Positions 13,490 through 26,486 of a stretch of 64,000 nucleotides of DNA are shown one piece after another. The notes beneath the pieces were generated by a model. The model was not told the DNA's origin. It ran no database searches and was given only the letters and a program-made list of their open reading frames with translations. Source of the stretch: Camelus ferus (Eukaryota); assembly GCF_009834535.1 (NCBI RefSeq), contig NC_045696.1, positions 24,430,001-24,494,000 of the forward strand, read 5' to 3'. Position 1 is the stretch's first letter. The number at the start of each line of letters is the position of its first letter. Made by a program: the position numbers and the translations under genes.

Positions 13490-14129
13490 AAGTGCTAACA
13501 ATAAAGAAACTCTTATTTCAGACTTACTAATTCTCATTTCAGTACTTTTGACATTAGTAGCTGAAGTGGTCTAGACTTCGCTGTGTCTTTTTTTGTTGTT
13601 GCAAACATTTAATATTTGTTTTTCATAGAAGCATCAAGGTTCATTTGAAAGGATCAAAATACTTGCTTTCTCAGATATACCCTTAAGTTCCCTCTCTAAT
13701 CCACTGTTGATATATCAGGTATAAATATTAAACCACAAATATCTACTGTAAGTTTCCTCTGGAGGAAAGAGTTCTATGGGGTTGATAACCACTGTATAAA
13801 GTACATGACTAACTGGTCCATATATGTATGTGCTCTCTATATCTAGTGCCCGGGTGTTAGGAAATGCCAGTTGTCCTTCTAGCAAAGCCATCCTATGTAG
13901 AGATGATGTGAGATATGCCTGGGACTGGGGATTCAGCACTGAATATAGCAGACAATACTCTTCCTACCTTAGCCTTCCTCTTTGATAATAAGACTTTCCA
14001 TTCTCTTCATGAAAAATTTCTGAAGACTCCAGGAATATTACCAATAAGACTCATTTGAAATATATACAGTTGCAATTTTGTACCATCATCTACTTTTTTA
14101 TGTGCAGATGTATCTTCTCCATAGCTGGG

Positions 14130-14977
14130 TATGATAGCGTTTCTACTCACAAAACTTCTAACATCAGATGTGTGGGGGGTTTTCTTTCATTCAACAACCA
14201 GTTCTCTTATTGGACACCAACTGAGTGAATTCCTATAATTCAGTGCAATTCTGACACTAACTGCAGAGAGTTAGCATGGATTCTGTAGGTGAAGGGCTCA
14301 GTCCCATAAGACTCCCACTTCAGATGCCAGTTCTATGTCTCAGATTTCCATCTATATTTCTGACCAACCAGCTATAAATTCAGAGGGTTCTCAAACCCCC
14401 TCTTCAGGTTGGATCATTTGTTAGACAGGCTCATAGAACTCAGGAAAACATTTACTTACTATTGATGGCTTATTGTAAAGGATACAACTCAGGAACAACC
14501 AAACGGGAGAGACACATAAAGTAAGATACCGGGAAGAGGCACAGAAATTTCATGTTCTCTCTAGGAGTGTCCCCTCCTAGCACCTCGATGTGTTCACCCA
14601 CCTGGAGGCTCTTTGAACCCCATCATTTAAGAGTTTTATGGAGGTTCCTTTATGTTGGCATGATTGACTAAATCTCTGGCCATAGGTGATCAAACCCAAT
14701 TGTCTTCCATCTCCGGTAGTCTGGGGGTGGGATTGAAAGTACCAATCATCTAATCACATGGTTGATCCCTCTGGCAAGCAGTCCCCATCCTGAAGCTATC
14801 TAGGGACTCACTCAGAGTCACCTTATTAGTATAAACTTATGTATTTTTGAAAGAGGCTTTTTATGAATAACAAAAGATACTCCTATCATCCTTATAACTC
14901 AGGAAATTCCAAGGGTTTTTGAAAATCTGTGTCAAGAACTGGGGATAAAGATCAAATATATATTTCTTACTATTACA
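14130..14977 (-). mobile_element. MER21-like solo LTR, near full length
   Basis: aattctgacactaac, gggctcagtcccataagact, aaaggatacaactcaggaaca, actcaggaaattccaagggtttt; ends aaatatatatttcttactattaca. Confidence 0.85.
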
Positions 14978-15019
14978 CTAGATTTTTAAAGGTAAGGACC
15001 ATTACACACTTTGTTTTAT

Positions 15020-15470
15020 TAAATTTTATTTTGCAAATATTTCCATACACAAAAAAGTATAAAAGAAGATAAAATGAGCACATGTACCTATCACACAGCT
15101 AAACAAATGAAATATTATCTGTGCATTTGAAGTCCTGGGTTCTCCTCTCAGATCATGTTTCTCTTCTTCCTGCCTCTAGAGGGAGCCACTGGTATTTATC
15201 TCCGAATGCACTTCCAGCAGATACACTCCTAAGCAATACATATTCTCTTTTGTATCTTTTTCAAGTTTATATAAATAATCTCATACCAATGTATTCTTTG
15301 CTCACTTGCTTTTTTCTCCCAACATTTATGTTCATGAGAATCTTCCACACTGATAAGTGTAGCTGTAGTTTATTCTTTTTCTCTATTATATAGTATTTCA
15401 CAGTTTGAACACAGCCTAATTTATTCATTCTCCTATTTACGAACATCTGCATTTTTTAAAATTTTCTATT
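15020..15470 (-). mobile_element. Old L1M (L1ME/L1MC-like) 3'UTR
   Basis: ttttattttgcaaatatttcc..., gtagctgtagtttattc...tagtatttc...aatttattcattctcctatt. Confidence 0.65.
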
Positions 15471-16834
15471 CTTCTAAGTCTTTATACCCCATAATGTCTT
15501 ATGGGTAAAAGGTAGTCAGTAAATACATTATATGATGTGTATTCTATATTGTAAGTCATCATCATATTGCCATCTTATATGAAAACCAGATCATCTCATT
15601 TAGTTAACTGTGCGTTTTTCAGTTTCAGTATGTCTTTCATATGAAGTGTTATAATGTCAAACCTAGCAACTTTCCCCTATATTTAACAGTAGTCAAATTC
15701 CAAGTTGAGCTCACAAACAGGAAGGGTGAGAGGCAGAGTAGAGCTGAAATTTTCAGAATCATTATGGTAAATTAGAGGTTCAAATAGAATCTGATAGGAA
15801 CTTAATGATAGTGCTTACCTCGTAGTGACACATGGCTGCTGAATGCCCTTTCTGAGCCCACGAACACTGCTATTGTGCAGTGTCTCTGCATTACCTTTTG
15901 AACAGGACTTAATTCAAGTGTCATTTATAAATGATCATAACTTTTATGGCTTGCTTTCTGAGAGGAAAACTTCCAGAATTGCTTTAAATTCAGCCATCAG
16001 CTTATGGCTCTAATTACTCAGTACTCCAGAAGACAGGCTCCCTAAGGCTGCTGATGGGCCAGTGGGACCAGCTGCCCTCCCCTGTGCTGTGGGTGAATGG
16101 ATGTTTAGATTTTCTGCCATGGATTGATGTAACCTACCAGCCAATCCACCCAGTTGGCTTAAGTCTATTAGAGACTCTGAACGATGTGTACAAACTGTGT
16201 AGAAAATATAAAAGTGCCAAGAAAAAAATACCTTTATCAATGACTAGTTTCCCCCTTTCCCTCTCTGTCCAAGTTGTGCTGCAAATCAAGTAGACAAATG
16301 TAGAAATTCAAATGCCTGTGTGATCTTTTTGTTGTTTGGAATTTATCTCAGCAAATGAGGAGATGATGTCATATCACAAGAGAAGTGTGATGACAAGTGT
16401 GAGGACAAGTCATCCCTTAACAAGGGAAGATTAATGTGCTGTTCTGAAATGGAACTATTATATGTGCTGTTTACTCAAAAGAAGTGTGAAAAGTGAACAA
16501 ATGGAGCTGTCAAGCAAAGTGCTGATGACATACAAAATATTGAAATAAATAGCTGATGGTGCACGAAGCATGGAAAGACATGTTGATACACTGTTGGCTC
16601 CATTGCTCATTTATTTCCATGTGGTTGTCCTCTTCTGAATGTGATACAGCCTTTGATCTGTTAACAGCCTCCAAGACTGGGTCTTCAGACTGACAAGGGG
16701 TCACAGAGTTGGGCAATTTTCCACTGACTATAAGAATAATAGAAATAAAAAACTAAAAGAATTCAAAAAAGATAAATCAATTATTATGATTTATAAGAAA
16801 ATATTTTTGGATGAAAATTAATTATATCAGTCAT

Positions 16835-17222
16835 AATGGTTATGGGAGTGACTGGTAGCTACTTAGAAACCTATTCCTTTTTCTATGCACACAATATGAA
16901 CATATTTCTCAGCATTTTTGCAGCTGAGTTAGGGCCACTTGCCTACTTCAGACAAAGGCAATGTGCATGGAAGTGTTGAAAATCAACTCCAAATTTTGTG
17001 CCTAAAATCACTCATGAGATTCTTCATTTGCTTGCTCTGTGTGTCTGGAAGTAAAAGACTCCAACCAACAGAATCACATGATAGGAGGAACTCAGACACC
17101 AGATCTTCACTTAAAGTTGCCCAATACATAAGTATTTTCTATGAGCAAGAAATAAAACTTTATTTTGTTAACACAGAGATATTGGGTGTATGTTAGAGCA
17201 GCTAGCATTTCTATTATAATAT
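16835..17222 (+). mobile_element. MaLR LTR (MLT1I/J-like)
   Basis: 3' motif tgagcaagaaataaaactttattttgttaa...gttagagcagctagcatt...aatata. Confidence 0.65.
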
Positions 17223-18565
17223 AGTGATCAAATAAGTTTCATTCAAACTCACGTTTTTGTCTTAAATTACTTGTATAATATACAGTTTTAAATTCCTTTA
17301 GTTAATATAACTTTAATTATTCTTCCTACAGCCAAACTGAAACAAATCATAAGTATAATGTATTTTAAAAGGAATAGAAGATGGATTTTACTTAAAGAAA
17401 CGGGACCTTATCACTTACTTGAGAGTATTGATTTCTGTTTATCAGAAATCTCGTATTTTCTTGTCTGTCAGATCACTCCTTTGTAAATAATTTTTTGTGG
17501 TTTCTAGATCATTTTGGTCTTTAAAATTTCACAAAGTTAGAAATAAATGTTCATTTTAAAACTTCCTTTTATGGATATAGAAAGCAATCATGAGAGACTT
17601 TAAAATGGGGTAAAAAGATTGTAAGCATATCTTTTGGGGTTATCTTATTCCAAGATTCCATAGATTCTCTGTCTTTCTGTTGTCTTTGAGCTATTTACAG
17701 TTATTTTCATTGTAGATAATGCATAACAATGCAAATGGTTCTTGTCTACAGACATACAAATGAATTTTGCCCAGTGGAATTACAATTGATCTTCCTCTAC
17801 TGTGTAATCCACATGGATAGCAGAGATTCTATATTTTATCAGAATAATTTTTTGTGTTTTTTGCTGATTCAGTTTCCTTATTATGCAAAACAAGACAAAA
17901 AATAAAGAACAAAGATCCCTCACTTATGAAAGAGCTAAGGTGTCTACAATCATGCTACTTTCCATGTTTATTTTTAAATATCTCATTGTCACTTTGCTTA
18001 AATAAGTAACTAACTATTATTTCTTAAGCACTCATAATCTTATTTTGATCATGCTCCAAATCTCCTCTTAAAATTTTTTGATTTTAGCCTTCCAAAATTT
18101 AGGTTCTAAATATAGAAGAAATAAAATGAAATTTCTAGCGTTTCTTTTACTCCTAAACTATCTCTGGAATTTCCCAGAAGGCTCCTAAAAAATTACAAAG
18201 ATTTGCTCTCTGGCTTATAAAAAGAAATGTTTGAACTAATTCATTTTGTTTGATATGCTACTATTATAAGAGTTGCATGGGAAACATTTTCAGGAGAGAC
18301 ACTAGTTAAGTTTGTAAAGATAAACATTATAAATATAAATATTTCAGAAATTGCATACGTTATATCAAGTCCCTAGAGATTTGTCAATGCCTTGTTTCCC
18401 ATAGTATATTTTTACCTCTGATCAAAATTCTTATGAAATCATCTGTCAGGTTTTGTATATTTATCGGAGTCCTAGAGTACGTTATGTGATGATGTTAAGC
18501 CACAATATAGCGTTGTCTGTCACAATTTCAGTTTTTGCCACAGCCTTGCTTTTTTCATTTCAACC

Positions 18566-19020
18566 TGTTGAAAGGGGCATGAGTTGCTTGTGCTCTTGCG
18601 TGATGTGCTGGGAATGCAAAGATTTCAAGTCCCTGACTTCTCTTTCATGTTGGCCAATTCTTAGATCTCTGGTCTTATGAGTAACGTTGAGGAATGAGGT
18701 ACTGTGTTCCTCTGAGACAAAAATTAGCCTTACTTGCTGCTCTCTATGGAAGCAATGGATTTCCCTGAACTCGGTGTTCCTCAGGCTGTGACATAAACAG
18801 ACACAGGATCCGTCTGGGCTCTTTCTGTCACCCTGTGGGACTTGGGAGCAAGGGAAACAAACACAGCTTTTTATGCTCATGCTGTGTTCTGTGATATGAG
18901 TAATGACGTCCTTTGTCTCTGACCCAGGGGTCTCATGTTTTCTTCCAGCATCCACCAAATGGTAACAGGATATCCCAGTAGCCTGTAGGTAGAGTAAATA
19001 TCAAGTCCCACACCCAACAA
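18566..19020 (+). mobile_element. ERVL-class solo LTR (MER54/MER74-like)
   Basis: tgagtaatgacgtcctttgtctctgacccaggggtctcatgttttcttccagcatcca; TG...CA ends. Confidence 0.7.
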
Positions 19021-19608
19021 AAGTTAGCATCTTCTAGGCCAGTGGTTCTCAATCAGAGATGAACACAGCCAAGGAGTCTTACACACGTTGAAGCCCTATT
19101 CCAGACTTGCTGAATCTCCTTATTTGATATTCTTTCTCTATTCTTGGCATATTATGTGTATTATCTCTCAGAATTATTGTATGCTGTATCTCAAGATTTT
19201 TTCTCTTAAAGGTGTTCTTCTATTTTTATAAATCAGATATAGCATGCAAAGACATATTTGAAAATAGACTCAATCATTACTCTTGTGGACTTTTTTTGGG
19301 AATGGCTTTATTATCCTTGTTTTTCATGTCACAGAAACAATCCTATATGGCTCTCAATTGCCTTATTCACATCAGAAACCTCATCAAATCTTCACATTTG
19401 AAAACTATCAGTAATAAATTAACCACACCCATTAATTCTCTGTCATCTTCAGGTGGTATTTGTTTTACACTGATGTTTGCATGGATGCTCAGCTGTAAGC
19501 TCAGGGAAGACTTTGTGTCTGCAACAAAGAGAGTTTCAGAGCTTCAGGGAAAAGGCCTATACTTCAAAGTGTTCACATATCAAGGCTGACTTATCATTTT
19601 TTATAGGA

Positions 19609-19805
19609 AGAGTCAGCAATCTATACCCTTCTTGCTTTTGTATATAAAATTTTATTGAAACACAGTCATGCCCAGTTATGTATACATTGTCTCTGGCTTA
19701 TATTTTTGCTACAGTGGTGGAGTTGAAGTTGTAAAAGAGAGCATCTGGCTTGCAAGTCTTAAAATATTTACTACCTGAGATTTTACAGAAAAAAGTTTGC
19801 TCTCA
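19609..19805 (+). mobile_element. MER58A-like hAT MITE
   Basis: aaaattttattgaaacacagtcatgccc...aaaatatttactacctg...tttacagaaaaaagtttgc. Confidence 0.8.
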
Positions 19806-20785
19806 GAATCGACCAATGGGCAGCTCTGACTTTTCATGACTGCTTCTAGTTGAAAAGTAGATGGCTTCAGGATACTGGTAACCCAAGGTCCAGCAGATCA
19901 AGAATTAATTAAGTAGATCTAAGTAAACTGATGAGGAAATTTTTATTGTAGTCATTTCTTTTTAGAATATTGTTGTTTTATTTTCCTATTTTCTGGATAG
20001 ATGAAATCTCATCTTTTAAAAAGCTATTTGCAACCCAAAACAATTTAGTAAATGCTCCTTTTTTAAGCTAAAATGAAACATTTTTAAATTATAGCTGATT
20101 CTCACTGACTTTCTAAAATTCCAAAGCCCTTAGTAAGCGTCTTTACTTTTGATGGTGATATAGTTTTGTGTATAGGTTCAGTAGGAATCTGTCCTCTGTT
20201 TTAACAGATTATAATTGTTAAAATCAGTTATGCAAACAATGTCTTGCTGAAATGCCATTTCTGAAAATAATGTACATTGAATCAAATAGGACAAGCCATT
20301 TTTAAGAAGCTGGTTTTACATATGGAACCAGTGGCTACAATGCTCTCCCAGGAATCTTGGCTCACAGCATTCCAGTGTTATAGGTGGTAAGATGGTCTCT
20401 TCCTTACAGGGCAGGAGCCTTAAAAATTTGGAAACCCTTGGAACAGAGGAATTCACTCAAATGTATAAGGTACTGCAGATGAAATCTGGAGCAGATAATT
20501 TCTTGGGCTTGTTTTTCTATCTTATGAGAACAGATAAGATATTTATAAAGGTCCAATCAGAGATTCCCTATGGAAACTTTTAGACAAATTAAGTTTGAGT
20601 CCTCAGTGGCTGTTTTATATTGTATAGCTCTAGATCTGCAAAATAATCTCAAAAAATTTCATTAACATTCTTGCTGCACCTGTGTAAATAATCAGCCCAG
20701 AAATAGTGGGACCAGCCTTTTTTGTCCTCAAGAACAAGCCTTCTTTGAGATAATTATGATCTTAAAGTACTGGGTGATTGGAGGC

Positions 20786-21280
20786 TGTATTAATTCCCTA
20801 TTGCTTCTGTAAAAATATTATCACAAATTCAGTGGTTTAAAATAACACAAATTTATTATCCTATAGTTCTGAGGTCAGAAGTCAGAAATGACTCTCACGA
20901 GGCTAAGAGCAAGATGTCATCAGGCCTGCATTTCTGCTGGAGATCCTAAAGGATATTATTTCCTTGCCTTCTCTGGCTTCTAGAGGCTGCTTGCATTCCT
21001 TAGCTCATGGCCTCCTTCCACCACTTTCAAAGCCCGCAGTTGCGTCTATTGGACCTCTACTTCCATCATCACATGTTCTTCTCTGATTCTGATTCTCCTG
21101 CCTCTATCTTTCATTATAAGGATCCTTGTGACTACATTGAGCCTACCTAGATAATCCAGGATAATCTCCCAACCTCAAGATCCTCAGCGTAATCACATCT
21201 GCACAATTTCCTTTTCCAGGCAAGGTAACATATTCATTAGCTCTGGGGAGCTAATGGGGGCCGTTATTCTGCCCACTACA
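20786..21280 (-). mobile_element. MaLR solo LTR (MLT1C/D-like)
   Basis: Starts tgtattaattccc; cacaaatttattatc, gcttctagaggctgc, gataatccaggataatctccc, aatcacatctgca; ends ttattctgcccactaca. Confidence 0.9.
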
Positions 21281-21899
21281 GCCACTACGGGAAAAAGTAT
21301 GAAAAACTGAAATGGGCTGAAAAGATTACTGAGTATCACCACTGAAAAAACTAAGTGTTGCCTAAACACATCTGTCAAGTCATCTGATTCTACGGCATTT
21401 CTGCAGTTTTCATTGCCTTTAAGCTTTTGAACGACTCTGTAAATTGCCGAAAACTGATTCCAAGCAGAGGATTCTTCAACATAGTCATAAGTGCATTTGT
21501 CCTATGGCCATACAGAACTACCACTGCCCTGCCACTATCACCACATTCCCCATGTGTTGTAAATTCATTTCAGCATTACTTACTACTTACAAGGTTTAGT
21601 TTTGTGAAATCTCCTTTGAACTAATTATAACATCTTACTGGTTTCCTTATTAAATAATAAATTAGAAACAGTCTTTGACGTATGTTCATTTTAGTCTGTG
21701 AAAGTCACGATTAAATCTTCTCTTAAAATTTATCCTTTAACACGAAGTCTTGCAATCATATACAAAAACAGATAGTAAAATAAAATGAAGTTCCATCACT
21801 CAACCCCAATAAACGTCAGGTTAATACTAATCCCCCCCTTCTATACATCCTTCCATTTCTCCCTCTCCTATTACTATTCTAAACAGAATTATAAAGACC

Positions 21900-22130
21900 A
21901 CATTATTTTATTCATAAATACTTATTATGCCCCTTTAATGATAAGGGCCCTTTAATATAATCACAGTATTAACATTGCACCTAAAAATTAATAATTTCTT
22001 AATATACTAAAATATCCAGTGTTCAAATTTACAATGACATTTCCAAATGCACTTAAGTGTTCTTTTTTTGTTGTTGTAATTTTAAAAAACCAGGGCACAA
22101 ACAAGATCCACACATTGAGATGTTTTGATA
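21900..22130 (-). mobile_element. L1MC4-like 3' fragment
   Basis: atataatcacagta, atatccagtgttcaaattt, caagatccacacattg. Confidence 0.5.
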
Positions 22131-22153
22131 TATATTTCTTTTTTGGGGAAGTA

Positions 22154-22328
22154 ACAGATATAAAAAGCCTATTTGTACTGTACAGCACAGGAACTCTATT
22201 CAATATCTTGTAGTAACTTATGGTGAAAAAGAATATGAAAATTAATATATGTATGTTCATGTATGACTGAAGCATTATGCTGTGCACCAGAAATTGGCAC
22301 AACATTGTAAACTGAATATATTTCAATA

Positions 22329-22330
<2 letters not shown>
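22154..22330 (+). mobile_element. Younger camelid-type L1 3' end
   Basis: tattcaatatcttgtagtaacttatggtgaaaaagaatatg...gactgaagcattatgctgtgcaccagaaattggcacaacattgtaaactga; tail replaced by (AC)n. Confidence 0.8.

Positions 22331-22363
<33 letters not shown>
22331..22363. repeat. (AC)n microsatellite
   Basis: Perfect AC run. Confidence 0.95.
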
Positions 22364-22367
<4 letters not shown>

Positions 22368-22379
22368 TTAAAAATCCTA

Positions 22380-22840
22380 TTTGGCTTTTTTAACAGGCTA
22401 AAGCCATTCCAACACTTACCTGGAAGAATTAACCTATAAAAAAATTAAGAAAACTTCAAAAAATAAAGAAATTAGGACTTACCTGTTAGATATTGAAATT
22501 GATTATAATAGGGCATATATTATAATAGGAAGATACTGACATGAGAGTGGACAGATGGATCAATAGAAAAGGCTAGATGGGCAAAAACAGATCTCTCAAT
22601 ATATTAAAATTTAACATTTGATGACTAAGATATAAACCGGTTGGGAAGAGAGAGATATTTCAAAAAAGAGATGAGAAATTGGCAAAATTGAGGGGGGGGA
22701 AATGAATTGTAGATCCTTTCCTCATACTATATGTTAAAGTAAATTTAAATGGTTTAAAAGATTAAATGTAAAATAAAAAATCAGAAAAGTTAGTGAAGGC
22801 ATGGGAAAACTATCCACAGATTTAATTTCAAAAGATATAA
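22380..22840 (+). mobile_element. Old L1ME-like ORF2 remnant, left part
   Basis: Degenerate ORF2 C-terminal coding motifs (ggacttacctgttagatatt, gacagatggatcaatagaa, aaatggtttaaaagattaaatgtaaaa). Confidence 0.65.
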
Positions 22841-22844
22841 TACG

Positions 22845-23580
22845 AACTATATTGAGATATCACCTCGCACCTGTTAGAATGGCTATTATCAAAAAGACAA
22901 GAAATAACACGTTTTGGCGAGGACATGGAGAAAAGTCAAGTTTTGTGCACTGTTGGTGGGAATTTAAATTGGTGCAGCCACTATGGAAAGCAGTGTGGAG
23001 TTTCCTCAAAAAATTAAAAATAGAACTACTGTATGATCCAGCAATTCCACTTCTGGGTATTTAGCTGAAGAAAATGAAAATACTCAAAAAGATATATGCA
23101 CCCCCATGTTCACTGCAATGCTATTTACAATAGCCAAGATGTGGAAATAACCCAAGCAACCACCGACAGACAGATGGATAAAGAAGATGTGATAGATATA
23201 GATATAGATATAGATATAGATATAGATATAGATATGGATATAGATATAGATATAGTTATAGATATAGATAAAATAAAATATTATCCAACCATTCTTAAAA
23301 AGGAATAAAATCTTGCCATTTTTGACAACATGGATGGATCTCGAGGGCATTAGGCTTAATGAAACAAGTCAAATAGAGAAAGACAAACACCATTTGCATT
23401 CTCTTATATGTGGAATCAAAAAAGAAGAGGAAGAAAGAAAAGAAACCAAGTTCATAGATACAAAGAACAGATTGGTGGTTGCCAGAAGTGAAGGCAGGAG
23501 GGTGGAAGAAATGGATGAAGGGAGTCAAAAAGTAAAAAAAAAAAAAAAAAATTAAATTTAAATTAAAAAATTAAAAAATA
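22845..23580 (+). mobile_element. L1 (L1MA9/laurasiatherian-type) ORF2 3' end plus 3'UTR, nested in older L1
   Basis: ORF 22801-23064 contains [14 protein letters not shown]...[38 protein letters not shown] (L1 ORF2 C-terminus); poly(A) at about 23534-23551. Confidence 0.95.
23191..23270. repeat. (GATATA)n hexanucleotide microsatellite
   Basis: About 13 near-perfect units inside the L1. Confidence 0.95.
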
Positions 23581-23619
23581 ATACTTCAGCTTTATAATCA
23601 TATTTTAAACAGCTTTATA

Positions 23620-24015
23620 ATTATATATCTGCAACACGTTAACAAAGGGTTATAGACTTAACTTATACCATACTTATGAAAATTAATTAGAAAAACCCAT
23701 TAAGAATGCAATAGACAAATGGCAAAGTTCATGAGCAGACATTTTTCAAAGAAAGAAATACCAATTGTTAACTAGTATACTTAAATGTTTATCCAGTTAA
23801 GAACTATAGATTCAGAAGAAAAGGCTGCCAAATTAAAAAAAAACTATTTTAAAAATAATAATACCCTATGTTGGCAATTTTGTGGGAAAACATTCATTCT
23901 TCACTGTGAGTGTATAAATTGTACAATCTTTCTGAACATAAATTTGGCAATATTTATCAAGGGCCTTAGAAATGTTCACGTGTATCCTCTGACTCAGAAA
24001 TTTCACTCCATATAA
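23620..24015 (+). mobile_element. Old L1ME-like ORF2 remnant, right part
   Basis: caatagacaaatggcaaag...agacatttttcaaag, gagtgtataaattgtacaatc...aatttggcaatat. Confidence 0.65.
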
Positions 24016-25119
24016 GTTAGAAAATGCTAACATGAGGACTTTTTCCTCCTTAGAAATCCAGTTGTTAACCATTTATCAGCACATTAGTAATTACAACTGG
24101 CATAAACCTTGTGAATAATAGTCTCATTTTCTTATTTCACTGATTGGTATGCAATAGCCTGTCCAAGTTCTCGCAGTGAATTAGTGGCAGAGTTAGTAGT
24201 ATAATCTTGTCCTCCGGATTCTTAGCCAAGAGCTTTTAACTTTAACACTTTGCCAGAGAAATTACCTGTTGTTTGTTTTAAATCCCCAAATTCTTGACCT
24301 ATATACCAAGTTCTGGATGAAACCTCAGGTGAAGTGATGCTCATCTGATCAATTCTGTCAATATTTACTGTCAAATAAAGCAGGAATTAATCATGATTGT
24401 CTAGTATTTGGAAACCTTGCTTCAGCTTGGTACTGGCGCAAAGCATCCGTATTACTTGATGAGTCTCCTGTAGGTATCTAGGAAAATGCCCTAGGAGACA
24501 GTCCAGCATGTCACACTTGCAAGCAATCTAACTGTAATTCACAATTCGATTTGCAAAATATATTTGTGATTGAAACACATGAAATCCCATTTTCCCGGAA
24601 ACTTTACAATTGTAATTTCCAATACACTGACACTAAAAAGGAGGCTCAGAATTTCCATCCATCCATTCAACAAAAATTTGTTGAGGACCTATGATGTACC
24701 TGACCCAGGGCTTGTGTGATCCTTGCTAGAATTCTAAGGTTTAGCCCCCTTTCTCACTATTTTTTCCCCTAATGATTTTTCACAGGCTATGACTGTCTTT
24801 AAAGGAGCTCTGTCTTCTGAGTGCTGCTGCATCATAGTTGGGAAATAATCTCTTTTCTTCCCTATCTCTATTGTGTTCCCCTCCAATCTCTCTAAAAGTA
24901 CCAGGGATATATATATATATACACACATATATATACTTCCCCCCAATCTTTCTATTATTCTGAATTATAATCCTAGTCAACAGCAAAATTGAGTTTCTGG
25001 GCCCTTATTCAAAGGTTCATATTTGGAGATTTACCTTCTATCATGTTTCACCATTTTAAAAACTGAAGTGTGCACAAAATTTACTTTTGTTAATTTTTGT
25101 TGTTGTTGTTAAAACTCAA

Positions 25120-25250
25120 TTTCCCAAGCCTGCCCCCTAATTCTGATCCAGCAGACTGGGCATGGGGCAAGGATTATGCGTTTTGTAAATTCAGGTTCCC
25201 TGGGTGATTCTGATGTAGTTGATCAGGGGTTTATTCCTCTGAGGTAGGGA
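25120..25250. mobile_element. MER5A-like MITE
   Basis: ttctgatccagcagactgggcatggggc...ccctgggtgattctgatg. Confidence 0.6.
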
Positions 25251-26470
25251 CTGGAGAGTAGATGGTTTCCAGATGGATAAGCAGACAGCGCTATATAAAA
25301 TGAAAAGCCTGAGTCACCGTCAGGTGAACCAGATATTCATAACTCCTATCACCTCATTTTATACCAAGTCTCAGTCTAGAAAGGATAAAGTGCATACAAA
25401 AATGGAAGTTTGGCAGTTTGAGCTGTAAAGTGGAATTTGAGATTTGGTTTTCTAACTCCTAATATATTTGAATTAAAAACCTAAAAAGAATGACGATAAA
25501 AAGAAGTCTTTGAAACGTTCAAAAATAACTTTTTAGACTTTTTTAGTTGTCTTTCATGTTAATTTTAATGTCTATTTCATATACATATTATTTTCATTTA
25601 AATCATATCTATAATTCGAATTAATCTTTAGGTTTTTCAATAAAAATTAAGTGAAGATAAATACTCATTTTCAATGAATATCTAAAAATAATGTTTTTTT
25701 AATATTTTTAGTTACAATTTAAAGAATATAGTTTTTTTAAATCTTCAGTAATTTAATGTACTTCCACTATGCTTTATTTAACTCAGTGATGTCAGAATTC
25801 TTTTTCACATGACTCTCGTAAGTCCTGGAAATCTTTAAGCCCTAAGATGACACTAGTCATTAGTAGTAATATCAATAAGTATTCAATTTTATATGATAAC
25901 ACTTGACCTATTTGGTAGACACATGTACAAAAAGGAACCATAAACTGTGAGTACCCATAAGCTATTGAAAAAGTTTCGAACAATTGGTAGAGTATTCTTA
26001 TTATTTATTTGAAAATGAAAGTATCTGTATGTTAATGAAGAATGAATGAATTCAAATAGTAGAACTTATGAATCCACAAAATGAAGTAAACTGGTAGGTG
26101 TAGCTCACCTCTTATTTCTATACTCCTTTTCCCTATTTAGCTTCTTCAGGTTTTAGTTTAGATATTAATTCTCTTTTCTATTCCCTGCTTACCCTTCTCA
26201 GAACACTTCTCATCTTCAGCTGTAACTGCCTCTCTCCCCATCTTTTAGATGGAAATGTAACTTGTTTACTACCGCATCTCTGTGCCTCCTACAGGCCATG
26301 GTAATAATTGTTGCTGGACAACATTTAGTCGGGACCTTTCAGCATTTCTGACAGACAGGAAGCTTCTTGGAGATAGGTATTCCATTCCTAGTACCGAGTG
26401 CCGCATAAGAGGCACTCTATAAATATTCTGGAAATAATGAAAAAATATAAGGGGAAGCCAACTATGGCTT

Positions 26471-26486
26471 CCCCCAGGGGGTGCTA
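26471..26486 (+). promoter_or_regulatory. Candidate CTCF site
   Basis: CCCCCAGGGGGTGCTA, 14/16 match to CCACCAGGGGGCGCTA. Confidence 0.4.

Noticed and set aside
16010..16195. Minus-strand terminal coding exon
   Set aside because: A plausible acceptor (tattttctacacag) exists, but the peptide is unrecognisable and no linked upstream exons could be built.
23084..23350. YI/DI-repeat and poly-Leu ORFs (also 63690-63995)
   Set aside because: Translation artefacts of microsatellites.
24592..24600. Perfect STAT motif TTCCCGGAA
   Set aside because: A single 9-mer is not meaningful in 64 kb without other evidence.
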